Source: Raja brachyura (lineage: Eukaryota). From it: a stretch of DNA of 64,000 nt. The stretch's first letter is position 1, and every line of letters starts with the position of its first letter. The translations under genes were made by a program, and so were the position numbers. The notes under the pieces are model-generated. The model was not told the origin of the DNA. It made no database searches and saw only the letters and a list, made by a program, of their open reading frames with translations. Location: NCBI GenBank assembly GCA_963514005.1, contig OY740820.1, forward strand, positions 23,932,001-23,996,000, in the 5' to 3' direction. Positions 53,495-64,000 of the stretch are shown in pieces.

Positions 53495-54040
53495 GTCTTC
53501 TTTATCACCCTGTCTACTTGTATTGTCACTTTTAGCGAACTATGAGCTTGTATTTCAAAATTCCTGTGCACATCAATGCTATTAAGGGTCTTGCTATTAA
53601 CTGTATGCTCTCTCCTGACATTCAACTTCCCCAAGTGCAACACTTACTCTGGTTAAACTATGTCTGCCATTTCTGCAGCTGACCTATATACCACTGTTAC
53701 CTTATCCCATTGCTACTAGTCCAATGTTGGTGTCCATCAGCAAACATATATACAATGTTATGACTTTGCCATGCATAAACTCTTTGCTGTGCTTCCCGTG
53801 ACCACACTTTAAAGATATTTAATTGCTTTGGTACGTTCCACAAGAACTAGCAATGCAACTGTGGAAGGCATCGCAACCCATCCAATCATACCCTCAACTA
53901 ACATCAATGTCTATTCTGGCAAGGCCACTGGATGGGGAACCCCGTCACATTCCTCACACCAGGATTCATGGACTAATTGATGCACCAGTTACAATCAGGT
54001 TGATGTTAACAGCAACACAACGAGAAAGATTCCTCACTCA

Positions 54041-54190
<150 letters not shown>

Positions 54191-54517
54191 TTATTCCTTC
54201 CAAAAGCAGAACAAACAGATGAGGCATGGCTGCAGCTGCAGCACACCCAAGCAATGTTACAGAGATCATAGGAGGCCCTCACTGGTATTTAGTCTCATGA
54301 TGCTGGACCCTTAAGAGTTACTAGACTAATGAAGCAGGGAGATCTCAGCAGCCCTGCTGATGCCAGTGGTGCGAGTTAAACCCACAAAGAGCTGTGGCAA
54401 GCAGTTATAAACCACCCCAGGCCTGACCCACACCGTGCACAGGCACTCAATCTCCTGGCAACGTGTAAACTGTGAACGTGGTTCTCCAGCCAAAGAATGT
54501 AGAATTAGTGGACTAAC

Positions 54518-54580
54518 CGACAGGTTACCAGATGAGCCCAGCTTCTGACCAATGAGAGCAGCATTTCCACCGACAAAGTG
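54518..54580 (-). CDS. ADPGK: ADPGK exon 3
   Basis: CAG acceptor; HFVGGNAALIGQKLGSSGNLS (conserved GGNA motif); TCG|GTTAGT donor; 63 nt. Confidence 0.95.
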
Positions 54581-57500
54581 CTGCAAGACAAAAGAATCGA
54601 GTTAAGAATGGCTTCAAATCAGCAGCAGAGCAAATCCCTTATCCTAGAGACACAAAATGCTGCAGTAACTCAGCGGGACAGGGAGCATCTCTGGATAGAA
54701 GGAATGGGTAACGTTTCAAGTCAAGACCCGTCTTCTATCATTCTACCAGTTTGCATCTATCTTTGGTGTAAACCAGCATTTGCAGTTCCTTCCTACATGT
54801 GTTCCATACCCTTCCCATTCATGCGTAGTTAAATGCGTTCATCCCAATAATAAAAAGGAATAATTAGATAAAACTATATTAGTTTTATCTAATTGATCAA
54901 TTGATTTAGCTTCTCAAACTGCCTCCAATGACAATGACTTAACTGCAGGACGTCAACTTTAGTGTTCGGTGATATGAGGTGCTTACTCCAGATGCACCAT
55001 AAATGTGAAATGGGACGTTTCCATGTTGAAAACAAAATGAGGATGAAAGCTGTTCTGAAGCTTAGCCACTCTTTTCAAATCAAGCGACACGTCGGGTCGG
55101 GATCTTTCTTGAAAATGTCTGAAGGTTCTGATCTGAAACATCACATGCCCATGTCCTCCAGTGATGCTGCCTGACCCGCTAAGTTACTCCAGCCCTTTTT
55201 ATTTTAAATTTACCAGCATCTGCAGTTCTTTGTCTCCACATTTATCTCAACAAGCCTGACTTTACTTTAGGGTGTTCCACAGCATGGGTTCAGATCCAGT
55301 CTCCAGTTTAAAATTCACACGAGATCTCACACAGAGTGTGGCCAGAGCACATTTAACAAGCCCAATATTACCAGGTTTGTTTAAAAGCTTCAAGGGACCA
55401 AACCCAGGCAGCACCTTTGGAATGTACAATAGGGGAGATTAGAATAACTGCATTCAGTTAGTACACAAGTATAAGACTACAGTCTGAGTACTGTGCACCA
55501 TTCTGGTCTATTTTCCATCATTCTAATTGTCCCCCCGAGGAAGTCGGAAAAGGTGGAAAATGCACAAATAAAATAGGATTATGCTAAAAATGAAAAACGT
55601 GTCCAGATTTTGGTGGGTCATACATACTAATGCTGGATTGTGACCACATATTGACAGGGTCCTGAAACATTTGCAAAAGCCTTCTTTGTGAAAGCTGGCT
55701 CTGTTACTGAAGGCATTTTACGACGTGGCTTTTGGCAGCTTGCCCAGTCAGCTTTCTATACACTATGGCTGGCTGCTGATTTGCAAAGTACAATGCACCT
55801 CATTTTAAATCACACACCATTTCCCTGGAGACTGATCAACCGTGGTTTGCACTACACTGGTGGACTGTGTAGTTCGTACCACAGCCTTGTTCAGGTCTGG
55901 ACCCAGGGTTGTAGAACACTGGCTGTGAAAGGTAACCTGCTTATCTAATCTGAGACGCAATACAATTCTCAGCAATCAGTAACCCATTCCTCTGGCATTT
56001 GTTTTTTTTGCAATTTATGAAAGTATTTAAACAGTACAAGTTTGCACATGAGTCACTTATGCCAATATGCATTTCAAAACCTTAAAACCGAACAATGCCT
56101 TAATTCACTGCCAGAAGGTTTATGACTTAGGAGGCCATTTGGTCCACCATGTCTGTTCTATTCAAAAAAATCGCTAGCACCTTGCAGCACTGGTTCACAA
56201 TCCTGTACACACCTGAGCTCTTTGAGTGCTCCTCACATACTATTAAGCCGTGGAGACAGCTTCCCCATCTACAACTGTTCCTGCAGAAAGCTCCAAGTTC
56301 CCATCACCACTTCTATGCCTTCCATCAGTTACTCTGCCCCCTGGTTTTTAACTACTCTGCTTAAAAATAATCCTTCCGATTTACTCTAGCTATTCAATAT
56401 TTACTCAGTGTTACACACCAATTAAGACTTTCCTCAGCCTTCACTATTCTAAAGAAAGCAATCATAATGAATCCAATCTTTCCTGATAGCTTTAACCTTA
56501 CAGTCCTCGCAAAACCCTTGTAAATCTCTTCAATCTTTCCACACTTTTCTTGAAATGATGTGCAATGCACAAGTCCTGGTCTAACTAGTGTTGTTTACAG
56601 ATCCAGCTAAACTCCAATGATGTGATATTATATGCTACAGCTAACAAGGAAAGCATTCAAGAAGCCTTTTCATCACCTTCATGATCTGTCCTGAAACCCT
56701 AAGGGGTATATACACTGAATCTCCTGTTCCTCTGCACTGCTCACTATTATCCCATTTACTGCACAGTGCCTTGCCTCATTTCATCTCCCCATATGCAACA
56801 CACCAATCCAGATAAAATTCCATTTGCCAATTTTTTGTTCAATTCTGAAGTTTATAAATTCAGAAGTCATAGGAGCAGAATTAGGCCATTCGGCCCATCG
56901 AGTTTACTCCGCCATTCAATTCTGGCTGATCTATCGGTCCCTCTCAACCCCATTTTCCTGCCTTCTCCCCATAACCTTTGACTTTGTCAAATGCTTTCCA
57001 CATCATTGACCGAGCAATCAGAGTTGCAACAAGCCCTGCCTTCCTTTCAACAAGTTCTACATCTTCTTACCCAAGCCACCAGTGCAGCTGCACGGAACGT
57101 CTACCTTACCATCAAAATAACAGCTGTATATATGTCAACTTGGCTCCTCGAAGTGTCACACTCCTTTCAGAGTGAAAGGTTTCAAAGAGGTAAAGCTTCA
57201 TGTAAAGTTGGAACTGCAGCACCCACTTGAACGCAGCATCATTGGTGCTGAGGCAGCTCCAGATGTGACATTGGTCAAAGAAAACTTTAAACCGTTTTGG
57301 TCTGATGTGTGAAAAGCACTGTGTCAAAATGAACTTGCACAATTTATACACAGGGCTTTGAGTGCAATGACGAGTCGGGAACTCTCTCGAGGTCTTGGCC
57401 AATAATTTACCTCGATAAAAGTAATGTCTTCTCTGTTTCCCCATTAGACAGTAGAAAATAACATCAGCCGCACTTCCCTGTACTGAAGGCTAATTCATTA

Positions 57501-57762
57501 ATGTTGGCACGTCAACATATCCTCATGCCATGGAGATGTTATGAAAGCGAACTCTCTGTCAGTTCAACAACTGCCCTCACACTGCCTCCTCATCAAACGC
57601 ATCCTATCCCTGGACCTGAAGAAACTAGCACCTTCAGAATATTCCTTTCTTCCTGTAAACTACAAACTTGGTGCAGTTTCACAAACCTCTCGTTCATCTC
57701 ACCTTTCCCCCACTGCTTTCTCCAGTCTGGGTGTTGCCCTTGTATTTAATATTGTCCCTTCA

Positions 57763-58110
<348 letters not shown>

Positions 58111-59974
58111 TCATGTGGGTTACACGCATGCAACTTCCATAGTTTCAGTTTTTTAAGTTTTTATAGAATCATAGATAAGAATAACACAGAAATAGGCCCT
58201 TATAGCCCACCTCGTCCATACCAACTGTGATGCCTTTCCCATTTGCCTATATTAGGCCCTCATCCCACTATTCTTTTCCTATCAAAGTACCTGTCCACAT
58301 GCCTTTTAAACATTGCAGTAGAACCATGTTGCATTTATTCTAACATTAACAGAGTATCTCACAATCCCTTAAATGTCTACGCAGCATATTTTAAATGAAC
58401 CAAATGTAAGCATGTCAACTGTTTAAGGAAATCTATTTGACTAATTGACGAGTGAGTTTATAATTCTCTTTGCACCGCGGGTCTAAACCCTGGTGATAAC
58501 ATCCAGCGTCACTGGCTCAATCCAGTTATCAGGAACATGCTGACAACAGCAATGGTGGCTACAAAATGTTAAAGACTTTACCTGGTGATAAGAATTCGAT
58601 TCCTAATAAACCTCCTAATAAAAACCTAACGTGAAAGAGTAGGCCATTCGGGCCCTCGTACCTGCCCCATCATTCAGCCTGACTTAACTTTTACTTCAGT
58701 GTCACACTCCTGCACTAACCCCATATCCTGCTGTTCCCAACATATGTAAAACCTTTACTGATCTCCATCTTGAATACAAATTCACTGGTACTTGCATCCA
58801 GTGCCCATGATCTGGTCACATCTACACTGGAGAAATCAAACACGGACTGGTTAACCACTCAACAGAACACCTCCATTCAGTCCACAAGAAGGACACTAAA
58901 CTTCCTGCTGCTTGGCAGATTTAACACTGAGTTTGATAAAATCAGACAACCAGTCTTTCCTGTTTGTATAGTTATCCATCTGTAACAAGAATTCTCTCCA
59001 TAGGTGCCTGATCAGCTGGGTATGTACAGCATCATCTTTCATTCCGGATTTCCAACATGTTTTACTTAAAGCGCCTGCACTGAAAGTCATGTGCAAAGGA
59101 CAACCTTGGTCCCTATTCTATTCGGCATACGTCTGTTCTCTCCACCCTGCTGTCTGCAATTTCATACACAGTTCTAGGAGTGGCACCATCCAAATATGTC
59201 AGCTGTCACTCAGCTATCATAATATTGCCTGTACTACTGAGCATTTCCAGCATTTTCTATTTACATTCCCGGTATTACCCAAGGTCGTCTCAAATGTACT
59301 TGGTGACCACCTGACAGCCTCCTTGGCTAATGGATTCCAATGATTCTTCATGTTCAGGGTGAAGAAATTTCTGCTCGTCCGTGTCCTAAACAGTCAACCG
59401 CTTATTCTGAGAACGAGACCCATGGTTTGCAACACCCCAGTCATGAAAACATCTTCCCTGTATGTACCCCGACAAACCTCAGAAGGATTTGGTACTCTTC
59501 AATTGATTAAGTTGCATTCCATTGACAACAAAATGCAGGTCCATTCTGCCCAAACTCTCCACCCACAAAATCCCACCGCTCCATGGACCTTTCTCCAATC
59601 ACTGACCTGACCGTCCATCCCTTGTTCCCTTTACCCACTCTTATTACCCCCATTCTGCACTACCAACATCTTCCAAATACATCTCTCCTATCCCCACCTC
59701 TGTCCCTCCAACACCCACCTCTGCATTATCCCACTGTCCCCATTACACCCTCTATACATTAACCCATTCTCCTTTACCCCACCACATCACCCTCTCTCTC
59801 TCTCTCTATCCTCACTCCTCTCTGGACCCTTCTCAAACCCACCCCCTCCCTCTACCCATCCCACCCCTCCCCACCCATCCTTCATCCGTCACCGTCCCGC
59901 CCCTTTCCTTCATCCCTCCCCACCCCCTTCCCTCCCTGTCCCGTTCCTCTATCCCTCCCCGGCCCGGCACTCAC

Positions 59975-60189
59975 CCCACGGCCACCCTGGACCAGCCCAC
60001 ATTGGGCGGTATGATCATGGAATCCCAGGCCTCGGCCAGTAGCTGTTCCAGCGGCTGTTCGGCGGAGCTGCGGGCCAGGCTCTGTGAGAGGAACCGTGTG
60101 AGCACTTGTGGGCCTTCCAGGCGGCAGGAGGGGTGCATGAAGAACAGACCGATGGCCAGCAGCACCACGCCGGCAGCGACGCGCCACAT
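59975..60189 (-). CDS. ADPGK: ADP-dependent glucokinase, coding exon 1 (N-terminal hydrophobic signal/anchor)
   Basis: ATG at 60189 (context AGG-ATG-T) gives MWRVAAGVVLLAIGLFF...LAEAWDSMIIPPNVGWSRVAVG, resembling vertebrate ADPGK (LAAAWDALIVRP..WRRVAVG). GG|GTGAGT donor, 215 nt, phase 2, inside a CpG island. Confidence 0.93.
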
Positions 60190-60284
60190 CCTGCAGGCCG
60201 GCGGCGGCCGAGCGGATGCGGAAGCTGGGCCGTCACACCCGGAAGCGCCGTGCCCGTGCAGGCGCGCCGCCGCAGCCGTCGCCC

Positions 60285-60298
60285 GTCCCCATGGCAAC
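60285..60298. promoter_or_regulatory. RFX X-box in the ADPGK promoter
   Basis: GTCCCCATGGCAAC (reverse complement GTTGCCATGGGGAC) matches the RFX consensus GTNRCC-AT-RGYAAC. Confidence 0.65.
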
Positions 60299-61870
60299 GG
60301 GGCCTAGGACAGCGGCCGCCGCCTCAGCGCCGGGTCCATCTCCACACTGTGAGCCCGAACCGTGACTGCACACTTCCTTGTGGATTACACAGACCTGCGG
60401 CCCACCAAATGCTTCAGCTACCAATACACTGAATGCTAGAATAACTCAGTGGCTCAGGCAGCAATGAAAACAAGGAACTGCAGATGCTTCAGTAAAGCTG
60501 CCAGGCCGAGGAAGGCCTGAATTCAAGCCTGTAATGAATAATTCACTGGGCGTGTGCGCAATGGGTAAAGTCAACAACATTCCTCTACTTGTACAGGTGG
60601 TACCGAAACCCAAAACACACATGATACATTACAGTTGACAGTATTCCAATAATCTGACAGAGTTAACACCAGCACTGATCAGAATGCAATTCTGCAACGT
60701 TACATGCGTTTTTCATTGACAATCTGTAATCAATTCACACAAAGATCTGCAGAATGTTTATACCCATTGCATGCCTGGTTACATTTTTGTTAAGACCCAG
60801 AAAACCTTCCAGAAATAACAAAGAACTAAACGTCCAGCATGAACGAGGACCTCGAAGAAATTAGATTAAGTACAAAGTGATAACAAGGATATGAATGTTG
60901 CAGGAGCACAATCTACAGCCAAGGTTTTGGTTTTGGATGGGCGGGATGTCTTTGCAAACATAGATTCTGCAAGGTTCCCACGAGTTTCAGTTAGCAAGTG
61001 TGACCCCATTATTAAAGAACAGGAGGTAAAAGGAAACAGAAACCAGTTAGTCTCATACCAGCAGTAGGGAACATTCCAACTTTTTCCATTTAGGATTGAA
61101 CAAACTTCAAAACAGATTTATTGAAGTGAAAACATATTTAAACAAGTCTTAGAAAAAATATTTGACTAATCTGTCAAATGTTTTGAGCACTAGTAACTAG
61201 CAAAATAGATAAAGGCAACCCAGCCGATGTGTATTTGGAATTTTAGATCTTTTGATAAGATGTCATACAAAAAAAAATTGTAAAAAATTAGAATATATAT
61301 TGGGAATAATATACTCACCGAGACTGAAGATTGGTTATTGGTTAGAAAACAGTAGGAATATATTAGAAAAAAAAACAAAGTGTTGGAGTAACTCAATGGG
61401 CCAGGCTACATTTCTGGAGAACATGGATAGGTGACATTTCAATATGAATACATTGGTCATTTTCAGATTGGGAGATTGTGATTAATCTTTTTCTCCCCCA
61501 AATATAATTTATTCATATTATAAACAGTTAATACAATTGAGACGTGTCAATCTCTATGTTCACGTTAACACTAACTAATCTGATGAGCAGATTATCTAAT
61601 TTGTGTTTTGGGGACACGATAATGTCCATTGTATCAGCACAAGAAACTGCAGATGCTTGAGTAAAACACAAATTGCTGGTGGAACTCATGTGTCAGGCAG
61701 CAGGTGTGAAGGTAAATGAACGAATGATGTTTCGGGTCGAGATTCTTCTTCAGACTTCAGAGATTGAAATGTGCTGGTGTTTAGAAGGACTTGGGCGTTT
61801 GTTTCTATATATGAATTGCTGAAAACTAATATAAAAGTTCAGCAGGAAGCTATAGATGCAAATAGTATGT

Positions 61871-62022
61871 GTAGGAAGGAACTGCAGTTGCTGGTTTAAA
61901 CCGAAGGTAGAGACAAAATGCTGGAGTACTCAGCTGAACAGGCAGCATCTATGGAGAGAAGGAATGGGTGACTCTTCAGACTGGGTCTCGACCCAAAACG
62001 TCACCCATTCCTTCTCTCCAGG
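61871..62022. mobile_element. Penelope pLTR inverted composite
   Basis: 16-bp TSD GATGCAAATAGTATGT (61855-61870, 62023-62038). Confidence 0.8.
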
Positions 62023-62099
62023 GATGCAAATAGTATGTTGGCCTTTAATGCAACAGGATTTGAGGAGAGACACATGCTACAATTACAAGGTGCGCCCAC

Positions 62100-62480
62100 T
62101 CCCCCCTCCCTACCTCACCACTGGATCCTTGACTTTCTGACTCATAGCCCTCAATCAGTGAGGATAGGCACCAATAACTCCCCCCCCCAATAACTCAACA
62201 CTGGTGCCCTGCAAGGATTCTCAGTCCCCTACTATACTCCTTATACACTTACGATTGTATGGCCAAACTCTATGTTCTAACTCCATCTACAGGTTTGCAG
62301 ACTGCACCACTGTAACAAAACCCTTCTTCAGACCAGTCTGAAGAAGGGTTTCAGCCCGAAACGTTGCCTATTTCCTTCGTTCCATAGATGCTGCCGCACC
62401 TGCTGAGTTTCTCCAACATTTTTGTCTACCTCTTCCTCAATGTCAGCAATATGGAGCTAGTTATTGATTCTACTAGCAAT
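62100..62480 (+). mobile_element. Rex1/Babar LINE RT remnant interrupted by a Penelope pLTR
   Basis: LNTGA.QG..SPLLYSLYTYDC...SIYRFAD.TTV, then a pLTR at ~62318-62430, then LNVS..ELVID. Confidence 0.65.
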
Positions 62481-62644
62481 AATATAATAAAAATGCTGGA
62501 AACAACCAGGCAGCGTCTATCAAAAGAGTCAAAGGCTCCTCATCAGAACTTGAAAAGCAAGAAAACAATTTAGTTTCAAGTTGTAGAAAACATGAGAGAG
62601 GGCATGGAACGGACAAAAAAAATCTCTTAAAGGGTGAGGCCAGA

Positions 62645-62658
62645 GTTGCCATGGTGAC
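62645..62658. promoter_or_regulatory. RFX X-box-like site upstream of ADPGK
   Basis: GTTGCCATGGTGAC. Confidence 0.45.
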
Positions 62659-62879
62659 ATGCTGTTTAAAAAGGCATCAGATTGATGGTTTAATGAGAGC
62701 AGTTAGAGAGAGAACAAACAAAGAGATGTGAAATCTGTAAAATGTGGTCTTAGCTGTTGTGGAGACTGAAACCAAAAGGTGAATGTTGGAAATGGTCAGC
62801 AACCAGGCAGTGTCTGTGTCTAGGGAAACCTGAGGTAATATTGCAGTAGATTATCTGCAGCAGATTTGGCTGGATCTGA

Positions 62880-63260
62880 CACAGACAGAGACAACAACCA
62901 GAAATTGTTGATTACAGAATTGAGTGCTGGGAACTACAATGTGAGATTGGTCTCACAGCAACAGGTCCGACCAGAAATGGGATGGAGAATTAAAGTGTCA
63001 GGCAATTGGAAACTTACTGTCACTGCTGCAGACTAAACAATGTGCTCCTCAAAATGGTCACCCAATCTGTGTTTGGTTTTAGTTATTGTGAAATTAGATT
63101 GTGAACACAAAATACCGCATGTAGATTGTAGAAAGTACAAGTGAATCACTGCTTCACTGGGAGGACCTGATGAGAGGGACGGGGACAAAGTGTTGAAACT
63201 CCTGCAGTTGCACGAGAATACTGTTTGAGGAGGGAAGTAGAGTGATTGCAATATTCTGTC
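62880..63260 (-). mobile_element. Old Penelope GIY-YIG remnant
   Basis: Translates to ...TKHRLGDHFEEH, similar to ETKRRLGDRFAEH of the young element; boundaries approximate. Confidence 0.65.
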
Positions 63261-64000
63261 TAGGCCTGAGCTCCCTATGTACCTGCAATAGAGGGAGTGC
63301 AACAAATATTCACCAGATTGATTGGTGGGATGAGGGTTTTGTTGTATGAGGGCTGATTAAGTCTGGGCTTTTACAGGCTCTGAGCACAGCTTGATGAAAC
63401 CACATACAGTTCTGGCCATCTGGATATTTTTTCTTCACTTTCTCTTGAGAGAAAGCCTGATAGGGATACCATACAGTTTAAATGAAATGGAAGAAGGTTT
63501 GGATGATAGCCTCAATGCAGTTGCTGGGTATTCTCTCCAAAATGATAAAATTCTTGCTTCCAATAAAACTTCCCAAATTTTCTTTTCCCGCTGTTTAATT
63601 CTATTTCAAGAAAGCTGCTGAGTTTGTAAATAATTAATTTTGCTTTTCAGATGAACAGAAATAATTTCTGACAGATGGAGATCATAGCTAAAGACAACAG
63701 ATTATTGGCAAAAGAACCCAGCTAAGAAATGGGCAGAGAGTGCTCAGCCCAGGAAGTTGTTACCTGGAACTGGGAGATGCACACACTGTGGTTTTTGGAA
63801 ATTTTAAATTAATCTGAAAAGACACAGCAAATCAGAGAGCATCTGTGGAGGAAAAGAATTAACAGTATAACTGGATGACCTTTTTTTGTAATAGGCCATA
63901 TCTGACATAAACTGGAAAATCTGGCGATCTACACAAAAATCAGGAGTAATTCAATGGGTCAGGCAGCAAAGGAATAGGTGACTTTTGCAGTTCCTTCCTT

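Larger units (their letters stand above)
50820..53750 (-). mobile_element. CR1 LINE fragment hosting the Helitron and a Penelope pLTR
   Basis: LHLGKLN...TVNSKTL...VDRVIKK / YGMLAFI..IEYKS / LEYCVLSWSPYYRNDVEAL on the minus strand, with the 3' tail near 50820. Confidence 0.8.
59960..60400 (-). promoter_or_regulatory. CpG island / promoter of ADPGK
   Basis: CpG-dense region over exon 1; contains ETS-like CCGGAAG (60239-60245) and an X-box; boundaries approximate. Confidence 0.8.

Noticed and set aside
60291-60365. Plus-strand ATG in the X-box as a divergent gene start
   Set aside because: Only 24 codons, with a weak possible donor and no downstream exons recognised in 60.4-64 kb.

Overview
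Vertebrate genomic DNA; the repeat landscape (HE1-like V-SINEs, CR1 LINEs, abundant Penelope pseudo-LTR fragments) points to a cartilaginous fish, probably a skate or ray (inference). Two protein-coding genes lie on the minus strand. The first is a complete 7-exon ADP-dependent glucokinase (ADPGK; CDS 60189 to 45728, 492 or 491 aa depending on a NAGNAG acceptor). About 6 kb downstream of its stop, a CpG-island promoter carries a phase-1 signal-peptide first exon (39781-39715), most likely NEO1 (neogenin); no second exon was found, so 1-39714 is probably its first intron. The rest is mostly transposon-derived: a nearly intact 5'-truncated Neptune-type Penelope element (RT + GIY-YIG), about 20 short Penelope pLTR copies, CR1, Rex1 and RTE fragments, DeuSINEs, hAT and TTAA-flanked MITEs, and a nested CR1 > Helitron > hAT stack. 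The most interesting signals are a minimal hammerhead-ribozyme core (CUGAAGA-stem II-GAAA-CGUC) in the Penelope pLTR, dispersed as short insertions whose boundaries fall at the core; a 103-bp inverted duplication; and several RFX X-boxes. All assignments come from reading the sequence by eye; no database searches were run.
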